From: Eledone cirrhosa
Lineage: Eukaryota
NCBI GenBank assembly: GCA_964016885.1
Contig: OZ024743.1
Span: 113,212,001 to 113,276,000, forward strand
DNA: 64,000 nucleotides
Reading direction: 5' to 3'
Part shown: one piece after another, positions 38,561 through 50,483 of the stretch
Layout of the letters: every line of letters starts with the position of its first letter
Numbering within the stretch: the stretch's first letter is position 1
The notes under the pieces: model-generated
Told to the model about the DNA's origin: nothing
The model's input: only the letters and a program-made list of their open reading frames with translations
The model's database searches: none
Translations under genes and position numbers: made by a program

Positions 38561-40720
38561 ATGGATAAATTCCACTGCTCTTCCTCTTCAAAGGACATCC
38601 CGATCCCTTCTGACAACACATGCATGAGCCTAATGATTCACCACACAAACTCCTTTATTAGATGCATGAGTTGGCGCGCATTCCACCACAACAAAAGGAC
38701 ACAGCAGCATGCACAGGATAATCCTCACGACCGCCTCAAACGGATCATTAAATCCAGCCGGCACCCCCCGCATAATGCATTACTGGAGGAATTTGAAAAC
38801 CGTATCGTCAGTATCGTCCGAAACATTAAATTCCGAAGGAATACTACACGCAATAACGCACACCTCAACGAACTCAGCTTAACGATCAAAAGCATGGAAA
38901 GAAGCCTGGATTTACTTGTGCCCTCACACAAAACTGGTAATGTATACATGCTTGACCACATTACATATAACGACTGCGTCGGGAAAGAGGTTAGTGGAAA
39001 CTATAGGACCACAGGACAGTACAGCCTTGATAGCATCAACCCCACGGCCAAAAAAATAATGACAGGACTAGAAATAAATGATAGGACAGAACCCTATGTA
39101 CCCAGAAAACCGAGGATATCCATTAAGGATCACAAATTAGACTTTAGGACTAATCTTCTGGTTAGGTAAATAGCACCCTCCAAATCAGACCTACGTAGAG
39201 CCAGTAAGAATATCATAGATAGGATCCTACCGGTACTTAGGACTAAAACTAGGCTTAGCTTATCGACTTCCACCAAGGAGGTAATAGACTGGTTAGATAG
39301 CAAACATCAGGTAAATTTCATTCAGATGGACATAGCGAATTACTACGCGTCTGTATCACCAGTAATTGTGAACAAGGCCCTCATGAGTGCCTTGGCTAAG
39401 TCCAACCTCACTAGAGGGGGAAGTAGACATCATCATAGCAGACGTTAATTAGGTGTGACAATAAATTATGGGAAAGGAGGGACAGACCCGATAGTTTCGA
39501 TATTACAATTGGGTCAAGCGACTCAGCGCAGGTGACGGACCTAGTGGGAATCTATCTCCTCCAAAGGCTAGCAGAGGAGATCCCAGGGATCGGAGGAGGA
39601 ATATATAGCGACAGTGCACTATTTACCTTCTGCTCCCTAAACCCCAACCAGCTGGAGCGTATGAGGAAGCGCATATCGCATTTTTTTAAACACCATGGCT
39701 TATCCGTGCTGATAGATCCTAGCACTATGACGGTGAATTTCCTAGATGTAACTCTAGAACTGAATACACCAGCCTTACCACAAGCCCAACAAGAACCTAC
39801 AATATGTAAACAGGCACTCGAAACACCCCAAGTCCGTAATAGACGCCATAGTAAAAGGGCTATTCAACCATGTATCCACCCTGTCGGCTAACGCAGACGT
39901 GTTTAACCAGCACGTCGATTATTATAATGAGGCACTGCGCAGGGCCGGTTACACAGAAGCCATAGTGTACACCCCAGACAGGGAAGGGCCCAGCGGCAAG
40001 AAACACGCATACGAGGATAGCAATAGTACTTCCATAGGTAGCCAGAACACCCGGGAACACGCATCTAATACTAGGGCTAGTAATATAGGTTACCGCAGGG
40101 ACACAAAACTGACACTAAGACAGACGAAGGCACACGGGGACGGTAGACCACAAGTACACGCAGACAGAATCTCAACACAAACACAATACGTGACGTGAGG
40201 AGGAGGGGGGGGAACTATAGCTAGTGACAGAGTAAAGGCAGCTCTGGATGTGGAACCAGATAGAGGGAACACCTGGATCAACAGCATAGACATAGCCCCG
40301 ACAGTAGCACCAGATAGCAATAATGGGATTACCAGTAGGGCCGACAATATAGAACAGAATATTTTAGTAAGCGAACGATGAAAACCTGGACGCACATGGT
40401 AGATATATGGATAGCGGTAACATAGGGGATGAACTAATGGGTAGGAACAACCTGGGAGGGACACCTGACCCACCACATACTACTACACAGACGAAGGAAT
40501 AGGACAAGATCTAAGACTATTATGTGGTTTAACGCGCCGTATTCAAAGCATGTATGCAACAATGTACCAGCCCCTTCTTCAGAGCATTGGACGAGTGCTT
40601 CCCACCGTCAAACAGATACCACAGGATATTCAACTGCCACACAGTGAAGTTCTCCTTCTCCACTGCACCTAACATGGCAGACTATATGACCAAAACCAAT
40701 GCGGTGAAGTTGGGGAAACT
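38561..40720 (+). pseudogene. Penelope RT and thumb region, frameshifted with stops
   Basis: ORFs 38561, 39532, 39899 and 40554; catalytic YRDD degraded to YSDS. Confidence 0.85.
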
Positions 40721-40966
40721 CGACCGCCAACTACGGCAGGCGGCCGACGATCCTGGGGGCCAAGAGGACCACATGGAGGCAGGGTTATCAACTATAGCCC
40801 GGTCCCCACAGTAGCAGACATACTCGCGGAAGACGCAGTACTCGACTACCAGGTGGCACTGAAAGACAGAAAGGAGCGCACCGCACAGGCTGAACAACAC
40901 CCAGAGAATCGGGAGAATGCTGTAATAAGGCCAGGAGCCAGCGTAAGGAATGAGCAACATACAGAC

Positions 40967-41414
40967 CGAACCTGCAACTGCTGAGTGGGCACACAATGCC
41001 CTCTGCAGGGAAGATTTCTAATGAAGGACGTTGTCTATAAATGTGTGGTTAACATGCACCACACCAAGTGCACCTACATCGGCGCAGCATCCGCGACCTT
41101 TAAATCTAGGATGTACAATCACACAAACTGTTTCAAGGACCAGAGCAAGAGACACTCCACTAGGCTGGCGGACCAAATATGGGAGTTGAAGGACACCGGC
41201 ACCACGTATGATCTCAACTGGAGTATCGTTCAATGTGCCAGTGCATATTTGGCCGGCGAGAGGAAGTGTATGTAGGCTGTGCCTGTCCGAGGCCATGGAG
41301 ATAGTGAGATTAAAGGATGACGCAGTCAACCTGAAATCGGAGATCATCATGACATGTAGACACCAGCGAAGGTGCACACTCTCCGCATGGGTACCCCCGG
41401 ATGTCCCCAACTAA
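40967..41414 (+). pseudogene. Penelope GIY-YIG endonuclease preceded by a Cys-rich linker
   Basis: RTCNC*VGTQCPLQGRFL..VVYKC..TYIG..FKSRMYNH..CRLCLSE..NLKSEIIMTCRH. Confidence 0.88.
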
Positions 41415-42679
41415 AGCCATACAGGGAAGCGGATGTCAGTTGGGGTGGCGGCGCAGGTCCATGGGAACCGACACCATACCTTGATGACTATGCATGCCCT
41501 GTGGGGTAGGCTGACACACTCAATGCTGCACCTCATCTTAAACACCGCCGTCGCTGTAGCCAGGACATGGCGGCACAATTTCCATGGGTATATTCAATCC
41601 CGTATCACACATCACTAAGGCACTCTATTTCAGCCACAGTAACATACTCCCTACTTATGTATTTTTTATGTAGGGTGTGTATTCCATTATGTAACACTTT
41701 ATGTATTTTTTTCATGAACAACCCCATGTGTATTTTTTAAATATATTTTTTTATATGTTCTTTATATATTTTATATATGTTTTGAGTATACCCTTTACAT
41801 TATTCCTATGAGCTACCCATATGTAATTTTGTTTATAAGGTTTCTGTGAGTGGATTAGTTCACATTAGCATCATATGAACTTTTTTTGTATTTTTCACGT
41901 ATTTCCCCACGTAATATTTCATTGTGCACTAAATAATGTACAGCATCATATGCATGCTTATATGCATTTTCCAAATATTTTTGTACAGTTTATTTTCATA
42001 TATGTGCGTACATCTGGGTGTCAGTCTGTGTGCGTGTATGTATATGCACACACATATGTGTATATACACATATATATATATATATGTATATGTGAGTATA
42101 TATGTGTGCGTGTGTGTAGGCCTGACTGAATGCATATGTACGCGCGTGCGCATGTATTGGTGAGCATGTATGTGTGTGTATGTATGTACATGTGTGTAAA
42201 AATATATATATATATGTGACTGTGTATGAATAGATATATGCATATACAGGGTCCCTTATGTGTGCGCGTGGGCGTATGTCTGCGTATTAATGTACCTATA
42301 TATGAGAGGTGAATATGTATATATGTATGTACAGGTGTGAACACAAACACGCAAGCTCTCTCTCTCTCGGAATGCCTGTATATATGTGTGAGCACATGTG
42401 TGGATGTATTTGTATGGGGAGGCAAGCAAGCAAGGAAGGGCATGAGAATTTATAACAATTGTCCTACACACAGCAGTAATTTATGGCGACGGGATTGGGG
42501 TGAGTGACAGCTCACGCCTGAATGTAAATGGTCAGTGGGCAGATTTCAATGGTCAAGCACTAAGATGACGTCGCGAACTATCAACCAATCTAAGTGCCGC
42601 GCAAACAGGATGAAGGCAGATGATAAAAATTCGAAGGGTTGGAGTCCAGCAAAAAGAGAATTTGCTTCGAAATCACTAG

Positions 42680-42768
42680 ACGTATCTGAGGAACTTGCGA
42701 ATCCAGAGTCAGGTTCAATCCACAAACAGCACCTCAAGCTGTTCGCCGGAGAAACAATTGTAATACGT
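42680..42768 (+). ncRNA. Type I hammerhead ribozyme in the 3' pseudo-LTR
   Basis: ACGUAU-CUGAGGA-[long imperfect stem II]-GAAA-CAAUUG-UA|AUACGU; 6-bp stem I and palindromic stem III. The 5' copy (38299-38390) has GUG at the cleavage triplet. Confidence 0.75.
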
Positions 42769-42809
42769 AATAAATCGTGTTCTGATGCATCACTGATTCT
42801 TCGTTTTCC

Positions 42810-42852
<43 letters not shown>

Positions 42853-42858
<6 letters not shown>

Positions 42859-43121
42859 CTTTGGGAGGGCCATAGTGCCAATAAAAACACAAGCATCTGT
42901 TGGTTTTCACTTCAATTTATTATAAATTTTCGTTTCGTTGGTTGGTTCGATAACCGGAAGATTGTTTATATATTGTCAAAGCTCTTTCGTCACACATTCT
43001 GTGACCCCCTCAGTGGCTAGGTTTTTATTTTGTGTCTTTCCTTTGTTCTGCCCTACAACATCTTGATTTTGTGTGTTGTGTGTGTCTTTTTATTGGTAAC
43101 ATAACCCTCCCAAAGTATAAC
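42853..43121 (-). mobile_element. Short Penelope-type family B copy with terminal inverted tail; degraded third copy at ~33460-33590
   Basis: Minus strand CTGAGGG-g-gtcaca..tgtgac-GAAA-gagc-tt-tgac; ends ttatactttgggaggg / ccctcccaaagtataa. Confidence 0.75.
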
Positions 43122-43167
43122 ACACGTTTTCAGATACAAAATCTTGCGAAACAAATTCAAAAACAAA

Positions 43168-43210
<43 letters not shown>

Positions 43211-43215
<5 letters not shown>

Positions 43216-43790
43216 AAAATGATAAAAAAGGGGTTGAAATGCGCACCTGATATCTATATATAGATTTGAGCGATTTCCGTCTGTCTGTCACACAATGTAT
43301 ATGTGTGTGTTTTGTATGAATGTATGTCTGTGAGTGTCTATTTTTGTATGAATGTTTGTCTGTAATTTTGTATTTTTGTGTGTGTGTTGCGCGTTTATAT
43401 TTATATACTCATACATTTAAATGTATGCATGTACACCCATGCACACACATACTTATATGCGTCAGCCTGTTGAAAAAATTGTAGCAAATATAGAAAGGAT
43501 CTTTATAACATGTATAAAAAAGTTATCAAAACCTCCTTTCCCCATTTTGGATCTGCAAAACATTTGTTATTTGGTGAAATTCTTTTTATGTTAAAATGCT
43601 GATTTTCGACCTCATTTGGATCACTTCTGTCCTTGCTAGCAATTTGACCTAATAACAAATGTTTTGAAGACCCAAAATGGAGAAAGCCAGCTTAGCTAAC
43701 ATCAATGTTTTATACATTGTTATAAAGATCCTTTTTATACATATACCAGGTGTGCTTTTCAAACCCTTTTTTTAAAATCATTTCCTTTAT
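43211..43790. mobile_element. Foldback MITE with an insertion in the left arm
   Basis: aaagaaaatgataaaaaaggggttgaaatgcgcacctg vs caggtgtgcttttcaaacccttttt..atcatttccttt; inner arms 43493-43580 vs 43640-43737. Confidence 0.75.
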
Positions 43791-44424
43791 AACTTGATCT
43801 GTATAAAACGTTTTCGAATGTCCACACTTTTCATTTCATTATATATATATATATACACAATAATCATCATCATCATTGTTTAACTTCTATTTTTCATGCT
43901 AGCGTGGGTTAGACGAATTGTCCTATTTTGAAGCAGGTCAGATCAAGGGACCATGTCTTGCTCATACAGAATAGTTTCTGGCTTTTTTTCTATGGCTAGA
44001 TGTCCCTCCTAATGTCAACCATATTCACATCGTGGACTGGGTCCTTTTTATTGTGGCACCAAAATAACTGACAGTTTAGGCTGAGTACTTTTTCACAGTG
44101 TCACCAGTACAACCACATTACAGGATTGACTGTGTGCTTTTTGTCGTGTCACCAACACATCCACGTTACAAGGTGGACTGGGTTCTTTTTGTTGTCTCCA
44201 ATATGACCACTTTACATGGTGTACTGGATGCTCTTTTGTTATGTCACCAACATGAACACTTTACATGGTTGACTAGGGGCTTTTGTTGTGTCACCAGCAC
44301 GACCACCTTACAAGGTGGAGTGGGAGCTTTTAACCATTTCAGCAGTGGAAGAACGTGTCCAGCTTTCCATGCTTATATGCAAGGGTTAGACAGATATATA
44401 AATGGAAAAAGTTAAATAAGCAGA

Positions 44425-44968
44425 CAATAATAATTTCTTTTATCAGTCACAAGAGCCCAATACATTGGGGAGGATACAAAACCAAAGACAACACAGAGTA
44501 GTGTTTACATTGAGTGAAGGAAAGAGGATATCACTGGAGAGAAAACAATAGAGTTAAATATGCATAATGATAGAAAATAATAATGAATGACAAGTTCCAG
44601 TTCTCCAATACATGCATGGTCCCGTAACTCCTGAGGGAGTTGTAGGGATGCTGTGTTGACGTATAGCATTCCACGGGTATTTTTAAACCTGGTAGAGCCT
44701 ATCTTTTTCCATGAGGAAACTGCACTTTAGGGTAATTCCAGGGACAATGCCACACAAAACCCTGGGTTACTCTGTTGCCCTCACCCAGTTTTCTTCCTTC
44801 TGCTTAGAAAAGCATAGTCAGTGAGGCCAACCCAGCTTTGTCAATCTACCCGCTCTTTCTCCTGTCTTTAATAAAACACTAGAAGGCAACACTCTTCTCT
44901 CAAAACTCACCCTTCTCTCCAAGTGGAACTTGAAAAAGTTGAGGGCTTGGCCCGGAGAGGAAAACAAT
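44425..44968 (-). mobile_element. 3' end of an L1/Tx1-like LINE
   Basis: Minus frame GQALNFFKFHLERRVSFERRVLPSS followed by a 3'UTR ending gtgactgataaagaaattattatt. Confidence 0.5.
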
Positions 44969-45778
44969 AATTGAAAAAGCAATAACATCATACTTTTTAA
45001 AAAGGGTGGTGGATTGGCAGTATCGGTAGAGGGTCGGACATCATGCTTTCCAGCATAGTTACATCCCTTTACAGCCTGAGTTCAAATCCTGCTGAGGTTA
45101 ACTTTGCTTTTCCTCCTTACAGGGTTAATAAAATAAAGTACCAGTCATGCACTGGGATAATTGCTGGCCTTGTGCCAAAAGTAGAAACAATTATTATACT
45201 TTTTATGCGTGTTTTTTTAATTTTTTTCCATTCCTAGCATGGCTTAGATGAGACTTTTAAAAATAGTTTTTCTATGTGGATGCCATTCCAGATACTAATA
45301 TAAACTTTATTTTTAAGAATGGTATATACCACTCATCTTCAGTGAACCAGTTAGCTGTGGGATATATTGTGGCATTTAATTTGCCAGGCCCTGACAACTC
45401 TGCAAATTTGCAGAAATACTATCACCACCACCACCACTACCATCACCACTACTAATACTTCTACAACTACTACTACCACCACTACCACCTCCATCCCTAA
45501 GTTACACCCCCATCCATATCTCCAAAAAAACAAACAGAACTTCCAATTATTTATTGCTTTTAATCTCCTCCCAGTTGTTTTCTCTTAATCCTGACTATTA
45601 ATTAAAAGCCATGACTTAATTGGCACCTAACCCTTGACCACACATCCCCTACCCTTCACCCCTGTCTAAAATACTTGTTTCCATCTTTTTTGATGGCATT
45701 AATTTCCATGTAGTTCCTAAACATCTCATTGGTTACAATCAGCATGATTTACTTTATTATTATTATTATTATTATTAA

Positions 45779-46560
45779 GGGCGGTAGACTGGCAGAATTG
45801 GTAGATCATCGGGCGCCATGCTTTGCAGCATAGTTATTGCTTTTTATGTTCTGAGTTCAAATCCCGCCGAGGTTAACTTTGCCTTTCATCCTTACAGGGT
45901 CAATAAAATAAAGCACCAGTGATGCACTGGGGTATTTGCTGGCCTTGTGCCAAAAATAGAAACATTATTTTTATTATGGTATTGGTTGAGTGCTGAACAA
46001 TATGCTTAGTGGCATATAATTACAGCTCTTTACATTTTGAGTTCAAATCCCACTGAAGTTAGCTTTGCCTTCATCCTTACAAGGTTGATAAAATAAAGTA
46101 CGAGTAACACACTGGGGTCGATTTAATCGACTTCCCCTCCTCCCCAAATTGCTGGCCTTGTGCCTATATAAGAAACCATTATTATTACGAAGGTGGTAGA
46201 TTAACAGTGTCAGTAAAGTGTCGGGCATCATGCTTTGCGGCAGAGAGTAACAACCCTTTATATTCTGAGTTCAAGTCCCGCTGAGGCTAGTTTTGGCTTT
46301 CATGCTTACGGGGTCGATAAAGTACCAGTCATGCACTGGGGTTGATTTAATCGACTTTCCCTTCCCCAAAATTGTTGGCCTTGTGCCGAAATCAGAAACC
46401 ATTATTATTATTACAGTATTGGTAGAGTGTTGAACATGATTAGCGTCATATAGTTACAGCTGTTTACATTCTGAGTTCAAATCCCAGTCAGGTTAGCTTT
46501 GCCTTTCATCCTCCCATAATAGATAAAATTAAGTACCAGTAACACACTGGGTCAATTTAA
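45779..46560 (+). mobile_element. Four head-to-tail family-1 SINEs
   Basis: gagttcaaatccc B-boxes near 45853, 46039, 46267 and 46473, separated by (att)n tails. Confidence 0.85.
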
Positions 46561-46989
46561 TCAGATGCAGTAGAGGAAGACCACAAAAATCGTATGCGAA
46601 GGTGATGAGAGTTGACATCAGATCATTTGAAGCTCACAGAGTAGATGACGAAGGACCGTGACGAAGGGAGAGATGCTGTGCTGAAAAGGACCCGTCCCAC
46701 CCTTGCAAGCAAGGAAAAGCGTACATAAAATGATGATGATGATGATGATTGTTGTATGCACGTGGTGGATTTATTGTTGTGAATTCACTCTTGAAGTTTG
46801 TTGTTGTTTATATGTTTAAAACACTTGTTTTGATATAATTTTTATTATGGTGGGGTGGGGTGGCATAAGGCATCAGCCTTTACCTTTAAAAAATGAGACT
46901 TCCTAATATTTGGATCTTTGGCCCAAATATTGAATTTTTATATTCTGAATTTGCCCCCCCCCCTCCCCCAATCTTTTTACAAATTGCAG

Positions 46990-47256
46990 CAAACACCTAC
47001 ACTATGTCCACTGAATGGAACAGCCAAAATAATGGTAATGTCGGCAGCAGGAGCACCACCAAACCCATTAACACCATGACAGACATGACAAACATGGCCA
47101 CTGTCACTAACAGCAACATAGCACAAACAAAATACAAAACTGAATACAGGAGAAAAAAAAAATAAGACAAATGGTGATAACAACAACAGAAACAACAATA
47201 GCAGTAGCATCAACAGTAACAGTAAAAACAAAAACATTGAAAATATAGACAAGGAT
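46990..47256 (+). CDS. Candidate Asn/Thr/Ser-rich coding exon; needs -1 A in the A10 run at 47153-47162
   Basis: Polypyrimidine plus cag| acceptor in phase 1; ANTYTMSTEWNSQ..EYRRKK / NKTNGDNNNRNNNSSS..DKD; donor gat|gtaggt. Confidence 0.5.
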
Positions 47257-47336
47257 GTAGGTTCAAAGGAAACTGAAGTCTCCCTAATTTGGGGGAATTT
47301 GTTGTTTGATTTTTTTTTAATGTTTATTTTACACAG

Positions 47337-47396
47337 AAAACCCACTGTACCACTGTCCCTGAACCAGCTTTATTGTTCTCTTCATGTGAACCTTAA
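47337..47396 (+). CDS. Candidate terminal exon KTHCTTVPEPALLFSSCEP*
   Basis: 80-nt intron with ctaat and tttattttacacag|; in frame with the phase-0 donor. Confidence 0.4.
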   Translation, partial: KTHCTTVPEPALLFSSCEP

Positions 47397-47663
47397 ATTC
47401 AATACTGACAAAGGAACGCAACGATGGTTGCTAGACACTACGGCTTAATATGGGATGTTTGTTTACAAACACACCGAGCATTATAATAAATGTTCGGTGA
47501 ATCCATACGTACATATATATATATATATGTGTGCATGTATGTATATATATATACACACTACTGTACGTCTGTATACATATATGTATGTACGTGTACATAC
47601 TTATATTTAAGTAACAGCCGTACTAAGAGTGGGAAATTAAATTTCGTTTCATTTTTTACGTTT

Positions 47664-47695
<32 letters not shown>

Positions 47696-50137
47696 CAGTA
47701 AGGTGGAGGGGTCAATTAAGGCCAAAAAGCAGGCTTGGAAAGTATGGTGGGATGGGGGAAGTAGAGAAGACTATCAAGTGGCCAGGAGGGAAGCTAGGAG
47801 ACAAGTGTACTTCGCAAGAAGGGAAGCAGAGGAAAGAAAGTTCAAGCATGTTCTACAACGCGAGGACCAAAAACGTGGGGTGTTCAGGATTGCTAGGCAA
47901 TGTGTCAAGGAAAACCGTGATATTGTCAGGGAGAAGTGTGTACTTAATGATGACGGCGTACTTGCCATCACCGACGCTGATAAGAAGGTAGCTTGGAAGT
48001 GTCACTATGAAAGGCTACTAAATGAGGAGAATAAATGGGAGAAAGACAGTCTCCCCCACATCGACCCAATAGAGGGACCAGCAGTGTTAGTCGAGAGTAG
48101 TATAATAAGTAAGGCAATCAAGGATATGAAGACGGGTAAGGCAGCTGGGCCTTCGGAAATAGTTGCTGAGATGCTGAAGGCATCTGGCACGGTGGGACAC
48201 ACCATGGTCACCCGGATAGTTAACCAAGTCGTACAAAATGAGGTTGTTCCGAAGGACTGGCGTAGCAGCATCATCGTTAACTGTTAAAAGGGTAAAGGAG
48301 ATGCCCTAGATAGGAGTAACTATAGAGGCATTAAATTAATCGACCAGGTCATGAAGGTCACGGAAAAAGTAATAGCGCAAATAATCAGAGAGAGAATTGA
48401 CCTCGATGAAATGCAGTTCGGGTTTGTGTCAGGCGAAAGTACCACAGACGCTCTTTTCATTGTATGACAACTACAGGAGCAGTACCTAGCTAAAAGTAAA
48501 CCCCTATACTTAGCTTTTGTCGACTTGGAGAAAGCCTTCGACAGAGTCCCCCGTTCCATTATCTGGTGGGCTCTGAGAAAACTAGGTGTTGATGAATGGC
48601 TTGTGAGAGCTATACAAGCCATGTATAAAGAAACAGTCAGCAAGGTTAGAATTAACAACGAATATAGTGAAGAGTTTAGCGTAAAAATTGGCATCCATCA
48701 GGGCTCTGTTCTCAGCCACCTACTATCTATTATTGCCCTTCAGGCTATAACAGAGGAGTTCAAGACCGGCTGCACATGGGAACTCCTATACGCAGACGAC
48801 CTAACACTCATAGCTGAATCAATGGCCGAGCTAGAGAAGAAATTCCAAACATGGAAGCACGGCCTAGAATCAAAAGGCCTTAAAATTAACCTGGCTAAGA
48901 CCAAAGTTCTAGTTTGTAGGAAAGAAAATAAGGCGGCGGTCCCTTCCGGGAAGTGGCCATGCTCAGTGTGTAGGAAAGGCGTAGGTAGAAACTCCATTTT
49001 GTGTCTGAAATGCAAAGTATGGGTGCATAAAAGATGTAGTGGGATCACAGGTAAGCTAACTAAGAACATAGATTTCACATGTGGCCGGTGCTCTGGTGCA
49101 ATAAGTAGCAGCAAGTGCCCACAAAATACTAGCTCTTTCAACTGCGCAGAGGGTTCTATAGAAATAGTGGACAGCTTCCGTTACCTGGGTGACAAAATCA
49201 GCAGTGGGGGAGGGTGCTCTGAAAGTACAGTAGCTAGAGTCAGAACTGGATGGAAAAAGTTCAGAGAGCTTATACCACTATTAGCCGCTAAAGGGTTCTC
49301 CCTAAAAATGAAAGGCAGGTTGTATGATGCCTGCATACGAACAGCAATGTTGCATGGCAGTGAGACCTGGGCATTGTGTGCAGAAGATATACGCAGACTA
49401 GAGAGGAACGAAGCTTGCATGCTCCGCTGGATGTGTAATAGTAATATATGTGAACGGCAAAGCATAAACGAACTAAGGAAAAAATTAGAAATAAGAGGGA
49501 TCAGATGCTGTTTACTCGAGAGAAGGCTACATTGGTATGGACACGTGATGCGCATGAAAGACGATAGCTGTATAACAAAGTGCAGGGCAATAAAGATAGA
49601 CGGTAGCCACGGAATAGGCAGACCCAGAAAAACCTGGGACGGACTGATAAACTCCGACCTCACACACTTACACCTCTCCAAGACAATGTCACTGGACCGA
49701 GACCTTTGGCGGTACTCAGTAATAGAGAAGACCCGCCTTACCTAAATACATAGTAAAACCTACTACAGTCAGTAGGCATCTCTAACAAAATACACCCTCG
49801 TCCCACCACCCCACCCCATCCACACCGCCCCCTTCTATGTAAAGTTATGTTGGTGCCACACCATCCAGGCCGAAACAAATGAGATCGTGTAGGTGTCACG
49901 ACAAAAAAACACACAGTCCACGCTGTAATGTGGCCGTGTAGGCAACACGGTAAAAACCTCCCAGACCCACACTGTAAATGTGGTTGGTGTTAGGAAGGGC
50001 ATCCAACTGTAGAAAACCTGCCAGACAGTCCTATGCGAGCAAGACAATCACTCTTGCCTCAAGTGGGAAAACCCCCGTCCAAACCCATGCAAGCATGGAA
50101 CACGGACGTTAAACGTTGATGATGATGATGATGATGA
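47696..50137 (+). mobile_element. 5'-truncated RTE LINE with complete 3'UTR and (GAT)n tail
   Basis: ORFs 47703 and 48525 are collinear, with premature stops at ~48285 and ~48466; near-identical to the 17929 copy. Confidence 0.95.
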
Positions 50138-50483
50138 TATATATATATATATAATATATAATATATATATATATATTAGATATATATATATATATATATA
50201 ATATATAATATATATATATATAATATATATATATATATTAGATATATATATAATATATATATAATATATATATATATAATATATATATAATATATATATA
50301 TATAATATATATATATAATATATATATATATAATATATATATATATAATATATATATATATATAATATATATATATATAATATATATATATATATAATAT
50401 ATATATATATATAATATATATATATATATAATATATATATATATAATATATATATATATAATATATATATATAATATATATAT
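50138..50483. repeat. Long (TA)n/(TAA) microsatellite
   Basis: Direct inspection. Confidence 0.97.

Larger units (their letters stand above)
38243..42815 (+). mobile_element. Near full-length decayed Penelope-like element with direct pseudo-LTRs (38243-38440 and 42618-42815)
   Basis: Direct terminal repeats with hammerheads; fragmented ORF with RT motifs FIQMDIANYYASV, FDITIGSSDSAQVTDLVG, GIYSDS, VNFLDVTL, WFNAPYS and a C-terminal GIY-YIG. Confidence 0.92.

Noticed and set aside
40982-40984. In-frame TGA beside a Cys motif read as selenocysteine
   Set aside because: The position fits CGA-to-TGA decay in an element with many other stops
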